From: Candidatus Saccharimonadales bacterium
Lineage (GTDB): Bacteria; Patescibacteriota; Saccharimonadia; Saccharimonadales; JACQNP01
NCBI GenBank assembly: GCA_041742395.1
Contig: JBGSIS010000018.1
Coordinates: 39,505 to 103,504, forward strand
Direction of reading: 5' to 3'
DNA: 64,000 nt
Shown one piece after another: positions 8,318 through 20,140 of this stretch. The notes under the pieces were generated by a model. It did not search any database. It was not told where the DNA came from and saw nothing but the letters and a program-made list of their open reading frames with translations. How positions within the stretch are numbered: position 1 is the stretch's first letter; the number at the start of each line of letters is the position of its first letter. A program made the position numbers and the translations under genes.

Positions 8318-8340
8318 CCTGTCATCGATGACAGGTTTTT
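8318..8340 (+). other. perfect 18-nt palindrome followed by a T5 run (orphan terminator-like hairpin or operator)
   Basis: CCTGTCATCGATGACAGG at 8318-8335 followed by TTTTT. It lies in the divergent intergenic region between the 7554-8249 (minus) gene and pmm (plus). Confidence 0.4.
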
Positions 8341-8444
8341 CTAGCATAAAAATCTGAATAATTTTTTGCCTATTTAGTTCAGAATAAAGTTTAATGGAAT
8401 ATTGTTAGATTTAGATTTAAACTGATTGGTAGTAATAGGAGATT

Positions 8445-9788
8445 ATGATGAGTGATATAGCCGGTATTTTTAAGTCATACGATATTAGAGGAACTGTTGG
8501 AGATCAATTAACTGAAGATTCTGTTTATGATATAGCCAGAGCTTATGCTGACTGGCTTCCCACTAAGGGTACAGTAGCTGTCGGACACGATATGAGGCCT
8601 GACTCAACTAGTCTAGCCATAGCTTTTATGAAAGGTTTATCCGACCAAGGTTATGACGTTCTGGACATCGGACTAGTGACTAGTGACATGATTTATTTTG
8701 CCGTTGGAAAGCTTGAATTAGCTGGAGGTGCCGTTATAACTGCAAGTCATAATCCTGGAAAAGATAATGGTATAAAGCTTTATAGAGACCAAGTAGTAGC
8801 CGTAGGTCTTGACGCTGGACTATCAGAAATCAGAGATAATTTTCTTGCTGACAAGTTTAATGAAAAAGCCGACAATCCAGGTCAAATTACCAAAAAGTCC
8901 ATTACAGATGACTGGGTAGATCATTGCATGTCTTTTGTATCCGAGTTATCTCCTTTCAATATCGCAATCGATGCAGGAAACGGAATGGCTGGAGAAATTT
9001 TACCGGCAATATTACCGCGACTTAATTTAAAGACAAAGAATATGTACTTTGAACTAGATGGCACCTTCCCTAATCATGAAGCAAATCCTCAGGTTGTAGA
9101 AAATCTTCAAGACTTAATGAGCGAAATTAAAGAAAATAGCTTTGATTTCGGCATAGCATTTGATGGCGATGGCGACCGAGCAGTATTCATTGATGATAAA
9201 GCCCGTCCGGTACTTGGTACAGATTTACTTTCAATTATATCTAAGCGATATTTGACTAAGTATCCTGGGTCAAAAATAGTTCATGATGTTCGAACCAGTC
9301 GAGCAACTCAAGAACTTATTTCGGAATGGGGCGGTGAACCAGTAAGAACCAAAGCTGGAAGGGTTAATATTGGGTCACTAATGCGACAAGTTGGTGCTCC
9401 TTTTGGTGGAGAAACTACCGGGCATATGTTCTTTAAGGAAAACTATGATGCTGATTCTGGGCTAATAACAGCTCTTGTGGCCATGCAAGCCATAACTGAC
9501 AGTGGCAAGAAACTATCTGAATTAGTCGATGAATACAGACGATATGTAATGCCTCAGGAAATTAACCTAAAATCCAACAGAACTAAACAGGAAGTATTTA
9601 GTGAAATTAAAGAGCAGTTCAATGGCGGTGAGTTTGACGAGTTAGACGGAATTACAGTTAATTTTCCAGATTATTGGTTTAATCTGAGAGCAAGTAACAC
9701 TGAACCGGTCATGCGCTTAAACGTCGAAGCAAAAGACCAGACAACAATTAATGAAGTTGTTAATAAAGTAACTACTTTATTAGGTTAA
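8445..9788 (+). CDS. phosphomannomutase/phosphoglucomutase
   Basis: 447 aa. It has the active-site TASHNPGKDNGIK, the metal site FDGDGDR and a GGETTGH sugar-binding loop. Confidence 0.9.
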   Translation: MMSDIAGIFKSYDIRGTVGDQLTEDSVYDIARAYADWLPTKGTVAVGHDMRPDSTSLAIAFMKGLSDQGYDVLDIGLVTSDMIYFAVGKLELAGGAVITASHNPGKDNGIKLYRDQVVAVGLDAGLSEIRDNFLADKFNEKADNPGQITKKSITDDWVDHCMSFVSELSPFNIAIDAGNGMAGEILPAILPRLNLKTKNMYFELDGTFPNHEANPQVVENLQDLMSEIKENSFDFGIAFDGDGDRAVFIDDKARPVLGTDLLSIISKRYLTKYPGSKIVHDVRTSRATQELISEWGGEPVRTKAGRVNIGSLMRQVGAPFGGETTGHMFFKENYDADSGLITALVAMQAITDSGKKLSELVDEYRRYVMPQEINLKSNRTKQEVFSEIKEQFNGGEFDELDGITVNFPDYWFNLRASNTEPVMRLNVEAKDQTTINEVVNKVTTLLG

Positions 9789-9809
9789 CTAAACTGATAT
9801 AATTGTCGT

Positions 9810-10826
9810 ATGAATATTCTAGTTACTGGAGGTGCCGGATTTATTGGGTCTCACGTAGTTGTAGAGTTAGTGGAGTCCGGATACAAACCCATAATTTTAG
9901 ATAACTTTGATAATTCTGAGCGATCAGTTATAGATCAACTACAGAAACTAACTGGACAGACTATCAAACTGTACGAAGGTGACTTTGGAAATACTGATTT
10001 AATTGATCAAATAATCCAGACCGAACATATTGATGGTGTAATTCACTTTGCAGCCTATAAAGCTGTTGAAGAATCTGTAAATAATCCTCTTAAATACTAC
10101 AAGAATAATGTCAGTAATCTGGTTAGTTTACTTACTTCAATGGAAAAGTACGAGGTATCAAATCTTGTTTTTTCTTCATCTTGTACAGTATACGGTGAGG
10201 CATTAGAGTTACCGATAGTTGAATCAGAGCCTATAAAACCTGCTACTTCGCCCTATGGAACGTCAAAGCAGTTTGATGAAAAGATAATTCAGGATGTTAC
10301 TTTTTCTAGCAAATCACTAAAATCTATTGCCTTGAGGTATTTCAACCCAATCGGCGCCCATCCCAGCGGGCTTATTGGTGAGCTTCCTATAGGTGTGCCG
10401 AGTAATTTAGTTCCATACATCACCCAAACAGCAGCCGGAATTAGAGACAAAATTATAATTCACGGCAACGACTATCCTACTCCCGACGGAACGTGCATCA
10501 GGGACTACATTCATGTAGTGGATTTAGCAAAGGCACACGTCAAAGCACTTGAGCACTTAAATAAACAGCCGGTTAAATATAACGATGAATTTAATATCGG
10601 CACAGGAAAAGGCAGTAGTGTATTGGATGTCATAAAAACCTTTGAAGAGACTACTAATATAAAGCTTAACTTCGAAATTGGTCCTCGCAGGAGTGGTGAC
10701 ATCATTAGCGCCTATGCATCTGTTAAAAAAGCAAATGATACTCTAGGCTGGAAAAGTGAATTCGATCTTTCTAAATCTCTCGCAGATTCCTGGAATTGGC
10801 AACAAAAAGTTAATAAAAATAGCTAA
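9810..10826 (+). CDS. galE: UDP-glucose 4-epimerase
   Basis: 338 aa. It has the SDR motifs GGAGFIGS and YGTSK (YxxxK) and shows a full-length GalE-like pattern. Confidence 0.85.
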   Translation: MNILVTGGAGFIGSHVVVELVESGYKPIILDNFDNSERSVIDQLQKLTGQTIKLYEGDFGNTDLIDQIIQTEHIDGVIHFAAYKAVEESVNNPLKYYKNNVSNLVSLLTSMEKYEVSNLVFSSSCTVYGEALELPIVESEPIKPATSPYGTSKQFDEKIIQDVTFSSKSLKSIALRYFNPIGAHPSGLIGELPIGVPSNLVPYITQTAAGIRDKIIIHGNDYPTPDGTCIRDYIHVVDLAKAHVKALEHLNKQPVKYNDEFNIGTGKGSSVLDVIKTFEETTNIKLNFEIGPRRSGDIISAYASVKKANDTLGWKSEFDLSKSLADSWNWQQKVNKNS

Positions 10827-12438
<1,612 letters not shown>

Positions 12439-12439
<1 letters not shown>

Positions 12440-13296
12440 TGGATGACTCAAAAATATTTATTACCGGCGCAAATGGACAGCTAGGTACAGCATTAAGACT
12501 GAAATACCCCAATGCTAAATATGCCGATATTAGCGATCTAGACATAACTAACAGAGAATCTGTAAAAAGTTACGACTGGAGTAATATAGAAATCCTAATA
12601 AATGCAGCGGCTTATACTAATGTTGACGGAGCCGAAACACCAGAAGGTAGAGTTGCAGCCTGGAACGTAAACTCATCAGCTGTTGGCAACCTTGCTAATA
12701 TTGCTGAAAAACATAATATTACTCTAATTCACATATCTACCGACTATGTTTTTGATGGCAGCAATGACCCGCACACAGAGTCTGAGCCCCTCTCTCCTCT
12801 ATCTGTTTATGGTGCTTCAAAAGCTGCTGGAGATCTACTTGTTACTCAACTTAGTAAATACTACCTAATTAGAACTTCTTGGGTTATTGGTGAAGGCAAA
12901 AACTTTGTTAGAACTATGCTTGGGTTAGGCGAAAAAGGCGTATCCCCTTCTGTAGTTAGTGATCAAATTGGTCGACTAACCTTCACTAATGAACTTATCC
13001 GGGCTATTGATTATTTGCTAATTAATAACTCCAATTTTGGAGTATACAACTTATCTAACTCTGGAAAATCTGTTAGCTGGGCAGATGTAACGCGTAAAGT
13101 TTATGAACTAGCAGACTACACAGACCTTAAAGTTACAGATATTACTACTGAGGAATACTACTCTGGCAAAACCGGAATAGCACCTAGACCATTTAAGAGC
13201 ACCCTTAGCTTAGATAAAATTCAAGACCTAGGCTTTGAATCAGAAGATTGGGAAACTGCACTAGAAAGATATGTAAATAAGGAGTTAGAAAAGTGA
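12439..13296 (+). CDS. rfbD: dTDP-4-dehydrorhamnose reductase
   Basis: 285 aa. It has [17 protein letters not shown] and YGASKAAGD motifs, and its start overlaps the rfbC stop. Confidence 0.9.
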
Positions 13297-14147
13297 AAGG
13301 TATAATACTCGCAGGCGGTTCTGGAACAAGATTACATCCAATTACTATTGGAATAAGCAAACAGTTAATACCGATCTATGACAAGCCAATGGTCTACTAC
13401 CCTCTCAGCACATTATTACAAGCTGGTATTAAAGATATCTTAATTATTACTACTCCACACGACCAAGATCAGTTTCAAAAACTGCTTGGAGATGGTTCTA
13501 ATTGGGGTATAAGTCTTAGCTACGCGGTTCAACCTTCACCAGATGGACTTGCTCAAGCTTTTATAATTGGCGAAGAATTCATTGGAGACGATAAGGTAGC
13601 TTTGGTTCTTGGTGATAATATCTTTCATGGTGCAGAACTTGATGAATCACTAAAGTCATGTACCGATCCAGATGGTGGCATTGTTTTTGCTTATCAAGTA
13701 TCTGATCCAGAACGTTACGGAGTTGTTGAGTTTGACGAAAACATGCACGCCAAATCCATTGAGGAAAAGCCATCACAACCAAAAAGTAACTATGCTGTAG
13801 TTGGATTATATTTCTACGACAACGACGTAATTGAAATAGCTAAAAACATCCAACCAAGCGAACGAGGAGAGCTAGAGATTACTTCCGTTAACGAAGAATA
13901 CCTAAAACGAGGCAAGCTCAAAGTAACAACTCTTGACGACGGTGATGTTTGGTTGGATACTGGAACCATAGACAGCTTAAATGACGCTACAGACTACGTC
14001 AGAGTAATCCAAAGACGAACCGGTCAAATAATTGGCAGTCCAGAAAAAATAGCCCACGAACAGGGTTTTATAGATGATGAAAATATCCGGGAAATCTCAG
14101 AAAAACTAAAAAAATCTGGCTACGGAAAATACCTACATACATTTTAA
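13293..14147 (+). CDS. rfbA: glucose-1-phosphate thymidylyltransferase
   Basis: 284 aa with the N-terminal [18 protein letters not shown] signature. Confidence 0.95.
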   Translation: MKGIILAGGSGTRLHPITIGISKQLIPIYDKPMVYYPLSTLLQAGIKDILIITTPHDQDQFQKLLGDGSNWGISLSYAVQPSPDGLAQAFIIGEEFIGDDKVALVLGDNIFHGAELDESLKSCTDPDGGIVFAYQVSDPERYGVVEFDENMHAKSIEEKPSQPKSNYAVVGLYFYDNDVIEIAKNIQPSERGELEITSVNEEYLKRGKLKVTTLDDGDVWLDTGTIDSLNDATDYVRVIQRRTGQIIGSPEKIAHEQGFIDDENIREISEKLKKSGYGKYLHTF

Positions 14148-14155
14148 CAAATTTA

Positions 14156-15100
14156 TTATTTAGATTCATTTGTTAAATTATTTTTCAATATTCCCTTCTG
14201 AACTAGCAACCAAGATATAAGTAAGACTATAAAGAGAGTGCCTTTTTCAATTATTGAAATAGATAATACTTGAGGAACACTAAATCCAATTACTGTACTC
14301 GAAAAAATTATAATTGTTTCTCTAATACCTATTGAACCTGGAGTAATATTTAAAAGAAAACTAAGTACTCCAAGCGAAGTATAAAGCAGTAGTGCCCAAA
14401 TATTAATATGCAAATCAATAGACAATACAGCTAAATAAGTTATAGCGGCACTTATAATGAAATTGAAAATAGTAATTAATATTAATCTTTTAATTAATTT
14501 CCTATTTTTTACTATTGTATTCCAGCCATTAATTATGCTTGATATCAATATTACAATTTTATTTTTTTTATTAGTTTTATTGATAACCCATTTAGGAAAA
14601 CCAAAAACTGCCATATATAACATTGTTGAAAAAACTAAACTAAATACAAATAACAAAATCCAGTATTGCTTATTTAACGAATTAGACCTCAAAAATATCA
14701 ATGAAATTAGCCCTATAAAAGAACCTATTAAAAAAACTATAATATAATTACCATATAACGTAGAGATGAAATCAGTGTATGAAACCTTGAATTTCTTCTT
14801 TAAGTATACTGCTTTTATTCCAGCGCCGGTTCCAACGGGTAAAAAATAGTTGCCTAGTGTTGATATCAGAGACACTTTAAAACTTTCAATGTTACTTATT
14901 TTTTTATCGAAAGGCTCAAGAATATATTTTAAAAATAAACCGTTTAAGTATATTCCCAATAAATGTCCTACTGCAATTATTATTAAATATATAGGATTCA
15001 CAAAAGTAAGGGATCTGAATTCCTCGATATTTCTTGATATATAATATACTAATAATATTCCAAAAAAAATGAGCAAAATAACTGAAAAATGTTTTTTCAT
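14156..15100 (-). CDS. polytopic membrane protein, flippase-like (UPF0104/LPG-synthase-TM-like)
   Basis: 314 aa with about 8 hydrophobic helices. GNYFLPVGTGAGIKAVYLKK resembles the UPF0104 family. This gene marks the start of the very AT-rich block. Confidence 0.45.
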   Translation of the reverse strand: MKKHFSVILLIFFGILLVYYISRNIEEFRSLTFVNPIYLIIIAVGHLLGIYLNGLFLKYILEPFDKKISNIESFKVSLISTLGNYFLPVGTGAGIKAVYLKKKFKVSYTDFISTLYGNYIIVFLIGSFIGLISLIFLRSNSLNKQYWILLFVFSLVFSTMLYMAVFGFPKWVINKTNKKNKIVILISSIINGWNTIVKNRKLIKRLILITIFNFIISAAITYLAVLSIDLHINIWALLLYTSLGVLSFLLNITPGSIGIRETIIIFSSTVIGFSVPQVLSISIIEKGTLFIVLLISWLLVQKGILKNNLTNESK

Positions 15101-15135
15101 TATATTTTGTTTAACATCTACTCTTAAATATCCAA

Positions 15136-16080
15136 TTATATTTTGTTTTTAATTATATTTTTGATACCCACCTCAAGAGGGGTAAATTCTCTACCTAAAA
15201 GCTGTTTCATCTTTTTAATATCGGGCTGTCTTCGAGTCATATCCCCTTCTTTAAGTGCTGGAAGGTGAATTATTTTGGATTTAGATTTTGTAATTTTAAT
15301 TACAGTTTTTGCAAGTTCAAGTATGGATGTCTCTTTATTATTACCTATGTTAAGAATCTGATTAACAGTCCCTTCTTTCGAAATTGCTTTAATAGTTGCA
15401 TCTATATTATCTGCAAAGTAGCAGAATGTTCGACTTTGAGAACCATCCCCATAAATAGTGATGTCTTCATTTTTAATTGCAAAATCGATAAATTTTGACA
15501 TAACAAAATCATTGCTTTGTTTTGGACCGTAGGTATTAAAAAACCTAAAAATAGTATAGTCTAAACCGTATTCCAGCTGATAAGACTTAAGATATGCTTC
15601 ACCTATATTTTTAACAACTGCATATGGTAATCGCGAATTTAAAGGTGTTGTTTCTTCGTGCTGCGGCATCACAACTGGTTCACCATATACTTCGGATGAA
15701 GAAGCGAAAAAGACTCTCTTTACCCCTGTATTTTTAGATAGATCTAATACATTCCGAAATCCGTCGATGTCTCGAAGCACACTTACTGGGTTTAGTAATG
15801 TCCTCTGTACACCAACAACTGCTGCATAATGGTAAACGTAGTCGAAACCTGAATAAAATATCCCTGATATATCATTAAAATTATTTACATCAGCTTTTAT
15901 AAAACGCAAATTGGACTTTTGAAGGATATTACTCTTAAGTCCTGTTGATAGATTATCAATTACAGTCACGTGGTTTTCTGGATTAAGGGCAAGTTCTTCT
16001 GCTAAGCAACTTCCAATAAAACCTGCGCCTCCTGTTATTAGAAATCTATTCACAATAGTCCTTTCAATTAATTTCAACAT
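15136..16080 (-). CDS. NAD-dependent epimerase/dehydratase, UDP-glucuronate decarboxylase (UXS/ArnA-C)-like
   Basis: 314 aa with [15 protein letters not shown] and YAVVKNIGE (YxxxK) motifs. Length and pattern resemble UXS. Confidence 0.65.
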   Translation of the reverse strand: MLKLIERTIVNRFLITGGAGFIGSCLAEELALNPENHVTVIDNLSTGLKSNILQKSNLRFIKADVNNFNDISGIFYSGFDYVYHYAAVVGVQRTLLNPVSVLRDIDGFRNVLDLSKNTGVKRVFFASSSEVYGEPVVMPQHEETTPLNSRLPYAVVKNIGEAYLKSYQLEYGLDYTIFRFFNTYGPKQSNDFVMSKFIDFAIKNEDITIYGDGSQSRTFCYFADNIDATIKAISKEGTVNQILNIGNNKETSILELAKTVIKITKSKSKIIHLPALKEGDMTRRQPDIKKMKQLLGREFTPLEVGIKNIIKNKI

Positions 16081-16130
16081 TTAGTTTATCATATGATTGC
16101 CTCTATTAAGTTATTCAATAATCTAATATA

Positions 16131-16883
16131 ATGTATAAAATAATGTTAAAATACAATCCTCCGAGATATCTATTTAGAAGACATACTATCGTTCACAACT
16201 TGAATAGAGGTAAATTATTCTTAGAAGTTGGCGCAGGAAACTTAAAATTAAGTCAAGAACTTGCAAATTTTTATGATAGCGGAACATCCATAGATTTTTC
16301 AGATAGTGTAAAAGAAATATATATGCAATTGCCAGAAATCGCAAAAAGTCGAATAAATATTGTTGTGGGAGATTTTTTAAAACACGACTTTAATAAAAAA
16401 TACGACTGCATAGTTTCTTGTGAGGTGCTTGAGCATGTAAAAGAAGATACTAAATTCTTAAAAAAGATGAATGAATTACTCAAAAAAAACGGTCAACTTA
16501 TAGTGTCTGTACCTGCAAAGGATAAATACTGGACTATTCACGATGACGTTGTTGGCCATCTAAGAAGATACAGTAAAGAACAGTTAATAACTGTACTCAA
16601 AGAAAACGGCTTTAAAGAAATTAAGGTCTACTCATATGGGTTTCCTTTCATTAACATACTGTGGATCCTAAGAGCCTTGCACGGTAAAAAGCAATATTCT
16701 ACTAAAAGTCAATGGTCAAAGAAAAAACAAACCAAAGAAAGTGGCATAGGACAAATCCCATCAAAGTATAATTTCCTTGCTATTTTTATAAATAAGTATA
16801 CTTTCTACATACCAAATAAAATATCAAGTTTGTTTGATAATTTCGACCTATCTGAAGGCTATATTGCTATAGCTAAAAAGTAA
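16131..16883 (+). CDS. class I SAM-dependent methyltransferase
   Basis: 250 aa. Motif I is LEVGAGNLKLS, followed by DCIVSCEVLEHV and a post-II block. Confidence 0.75.
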   Translation: MYKIMLKYNPPRYLFRRHTIVHNLNRGKLFLEVGAGNLKLSQELANFYDSGTSIDFSDSVKEIYMQLPEIAKSRINIVVGDFLKHDFNKKYDCIVSCEVLEHVKEDTKFLKKMNELLKKNGQLIVSVPAKDKYWTIHDDVVGHLRRYSKEQLITVLKENGFKEIKVYSYGFPFINILWILRALHGKKQYSTKSQWSKKKQTKESGIGQIPSKYNFLAIFINKYTFYIPNKISSLFDNFDLSEGYIAIAKK

Positions 16884-16884
16884 C

Positions 16885-18054
16885 TTATTTACTGCAATTT
16901 AAAGATTTTTTATAAATTTCTTCAAGCTTTTGATTTCTAGTTTTTATTGAGAAAATATTATCGTCTAAAAACTTGTTTTTACCTTTATTTTTCATCTTTT
17001 TAATAATCGTGGTGTCATTAATTATATTAATTAACACTTCTGATAGCTGATTACACATCTTCTTGTCTAAATTAGACCTATTTATTTCTTTCATGTCTTT
17101 TTTTGATGGTATTTTTACTGCATCCAGCAAAGGCCTAGTTAACTCAATTAATATTCCATCAACTCCATTATTTATTAATTCCGGTATTGCAAACTGTCTA
17201 GTTGTTATTACTGGTGTGCCGGTGACTAGCGCATCAATTATTGCCATACCAAAGGTATCTTCTTTAGTTGGCATTACAAAAATATCTGAAGGAAAGAAAA
17301 ATTGAGTAATAATTTCATTTCTGCTAAATTTTGGCTCGAAAACATGAACATTTGATAGTTTGTATTTATCTATTATTAAGGTTGCGTCATTTGATACTAC
17401 GAACAATTCTAATGATTCTGCTCCAAACTTTTTTGAGACCATTTCAGTTGCAACAACTAGCTCTTCTAAACCCTTAAGGTATGCTTGGTTTCCAACAAAT
17501 AATATTTTTAGTTTTTTACTTTTTTTAATATATTTGAAGTCAGACTTAACTTTGACTTTTATCGACTTCGAAGCAGGGTACAATACCGTAACTTTACTTG
17601 ATACATTGCTATACCTTTGACCCAATAATTTTTCTAAGGATCTCTTTGATGCGTTACTCATACAATTAATGCTTTTGCAGTTTTTATTCTCTAAAAAATT
17701 ATAAGCTTTTTCAAGCAATCTTTTATCATTAGTAAACCCAGTTAGACTTGCTGCATGCTCTAGATCAACTATATAGGGTTTATTAGGAATATTTTCATCC
17801 ATTAAGTTTATGAAATGTAATATATCGACATCTTCAGTAAAGCTATTTCTCAAAAAAAATATCTTTTCTACAATATTAATAATATATCGTGTCAGCACAA
17901 AATGTCTGAGTGTTTTTGTTAAAGGATAAAATTTATTTAAGAAATTTATTGGGTCTGATACTAAATATTCAACGTTTGCAGGAGGACACTCTATCAATGA
18001 TTCATATATTTTATGGAGGGGTTTATAGTTGCGATAAATTAATTTTACTTTCAT
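16885..18054 (-). CDS. glycosyltransferase family 4-like
   Basis: 389 aa with a C-terminal EX7E-type block: PTKEDTFGMAIIDALVTGTPVITT...PELI. Confidence 0.75.
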   Translation of the reverse strand: MKVKLIYRNYKPLHKIYESLIECPPANVEYLVSDPINFLNKFYPLTKTLRHFVLTRYIINIVEKIFFLRNSFTEDVDILHFINLMDENIPNKPYIVDLEHAASLTGFTNDKRLLEKAYNFLENKNCKSINCMSNASKRSLEKLLGQRYSNVSSKVTVLYPASKSIKVKVKSDFKYIKKSKKLKILFVGNQAYLKGLEELVVATEMVSKKFGAESLELFVVSNDATLIIDKYKLSNVHVFEPKFSRNEIITQFFFPSDIFVMPTKEDTFGMAIIDALVTGTPVITTRQFAIPELINNGVDGILIELTRPLLDAVKIPSKKDMKEINRSNLDKKMCNQLSEVLINIINDTTIIKKMKNKGKNKFLDDNIFSIKTRNQKLEEIYKKSLNCSK

Positions 18055-19165
18055 TAATTATATCCTCCATTTGTTTAGAAATAATACTAATTGAAAATTT
18101 GCTCATAAATAGTTCATGTCCTTTTTTTCCTATATTTCGTAGACTTTTTCTGTTATCTAATGACCATTTTAATGCATCAATTAAATCATTAACTGAAGCT
18201 TGTCTAACAATTATACAATTATCCTTATTTTTTAAGCCTAAATCTTCATCAATTTTTCCAATAATCGTTGGTTTCCCGGATGCGAGAAATTGATATGTTT
18301 TTCCAGTGACCACTCTCTTTGCCTGAGAAGTTCCACCAAAAGGACCACCAAGGCATATATCGGCTTTTTTAATCTGTTTTTTAATGTCATTAAAGTCTAA
18401 CCATGAAGTGTATTCTACATTTTTTAAATTGTTTTCATTTATAAAATCCTTTATGTATTTAACTATTTCTGGTTTGCCTTTACCTCCAACAATAATAAAA
18501 TTAATCGGTTCATTTTTCAGATTAAGTGCTGCATTCATAATAATTTTAACACCGTGAAGTGGTGCCATGTTTCCGTAAAAAAATACTCTCATTGTGTTTT
18601 CATTGCTTACTGGTTCATTTATATTATGTTTAAGTTTGTAGTTTTCCTCATCTTCGCCTACATATACAACTCTGTATTTTTCAATAGGAATTTTGTAAGT
18701 ATTACTAGAGCTATTTGCATCTAGTTGAGTATCTGAAAGTATAATCTTTGATCTTAACAATATACTTTTTACATACAGTCTAGAGATTCTTGTTATTAGA
18801 CTGTCTTGTTTTAATTTTTTATTTTCAAAAACCATCCAGTCATTCATATTGATAAATTCATCAAAAATTAATGGTTTTCCTAACGTAATAATTCGTACGG
18901 GCCAGAATATCTCATGTCCTCTAAAACCTAAGATATAAACATCGGGGTTATGCGTAAATCGTGTGTATACTAATTTAGACGCAGTTTCTACATATCTAAA
19001 AAAACTTGTATAATTGTTAACTGTTTTAATAACTTCAACGTATTTAATTTTTTCGATAGCTTTTAATAGTACTCTCGTTCGAATATAATTTGGAGATCTA
19101 TACGAAAGTATATAACAGACTTTAATTTTTTGGTTTTCCATATCTTTGAATTTTGTTTTGCTCAA
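18023..19165 (-). CDS. glycosyltransferase (GT-B fold)
   Basis: 380 aa with two Rossmann-like halves and GGPFGGTSQAKRVVTGKTYQFLASGKPTI. It overlaps both neighbouring genes. Confidence 0.55.
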   Translation of the reverse strand: MSKTKFKDMENQKIKVCYILSYRSPNYIRTRVLLKAIEKIKYVEVIKTVNNYTSFFRYVETASKLVYTRFTHNPDVYILGFRGHEIFWPVRIITLGKPLIFDEFINMNDWMVFENKKLKQDSLITRISRLYVKSILLRSKIILSDTQLDANSSSNTYKIPIEKYRVVYVGEDEENYKLKHNINEPVSNENTMRVFFYGNMAPLHGVKIIMNAALNLKNEPINFIIVGGKGKPEIVKYIKDFINENNLKNVEYTSWLDFNDIKKQIKKADICLGGPFGGTSQAKRVVTGKTYQFLASGKPTIIGKIDEDLGLKNKDNCIIVRQASVNDLIDALKWSLDNRKSLRNIGKKGHELFMSKFSISIISKQMEDIINESKINLSQL

Positions 19166-20108
19166 TTATTTTTTCTTGATTATTTAGAAGTCTGTCCAGC
19201 ATGTCGGCAACTAAGCCAATAACCCACGTAAAAAGTGCCATAGTAATTAAATACAGTCCTATTGCGCCAATAGCAATATATGGAGAGATGCTTCCATTGA
19301 TAATCCAGTGTCTTAAAGTAAATCCAGCCATTATTATTCCCGGAATTATTAATATAAATCCTAGGGTGCCGAAAAACCTAAATGGAGCATAATCTCTAAA
19401 TGCTCTTAAAATGTTTATGGAACTACCGAAAAAGAACTGCCAAAAATTTTTTACTACTCTTGATTTACGTCCTTTATAATATTTAACATTTATTGGCACA
19501 GACACAATGTCCATCTTTTTTACGGCCATTATCTGAAAAGACTCTTGAGTATATGTATAATTGCTATTTATGTTTAGCGCTAACATAGCTTTTTTTGTAT
19601 AGGCTCTAAAGCCACATGTAACATCGTAAAATTTTTCTCCAGATAAATTTCCCACTACCCATGCACCCATTCTGTTAGCCCAATATTTTCCGGATGGCAT
19701 ACCTATAGGTTTTCGGCTATTACCTGTTTCTGGATCTGTAAACCTATCTGCGGCAACAAAATCTGCAGTTCCATTTAATATCGGGTCAAGTATCTTAGGT
19801 ATATCTTCAGGAGAAAATTGAAGATCACCGTCAATATTTACAGCTACGTCAGCGCCCATTTCTAAAGCGATGTCTATAGCTTGTTGAAACCTAAAAGCTA
19901 ATCTCTTTTGGTGAATGCCTTCTACTACTTTGTTTACGCCCCTTTTTCTAGCAATAGCAGCGGTTTCATCTGTACTCCCATCACTAATAACTAGTGTTTT
20001 TATTTTATCAAAACCATTTATTTTCTTTGGCATTCTGTCAATTAGTTCACCAATAGTTTTTGACTCATTTTTACAAATAGTAAATATTACAAGGTTCATT
20101 GTATACAT
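19122..20108 (-). CDS. GT2 polyprenyl-phosphate sugar transferase (GtrB/ArnC/DPM1-like)
   Basis: 328 aa. It has an N-terminal GT2 core (VIFTICKNE, SDGSTDET, NIDGDLQF) plus two C-terminal TM helices, as in GtrB/ArnC. Confidence 0.75.
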   Translation of the reverse strand: MYTMNLVIFTICKNESKTIGELIDRMPKKINGFDKIKTLVISDGSTDETAAIARKRGVNKVVEGIHQKRLAFRFQQAIDIALEMGADVAVNIDGDLQFSPEDIPKILDPILNGTADFVAADRFTDPETGNSRKPIGMPSGKYWANRMGAWVVGNLSGEKFYDVTCGFRAYTKKAMLALNINSNYTYTQESFQIMAVKKMDIVSVPINVKYYKGRKSRVVKNFWQFFFGSSINILRAFRDYAPFRFFGTLGFILIIPGIIMAGFTLRHWIINGSISPYIAIGAIGLYLITMALFTWVIGLVADMLDRLLNNQEKIIEQNKIQRYGKPKN

Positions 20109-20140
20109 TCTATCTATTAATTGAGTTATAATCTAGGTTA

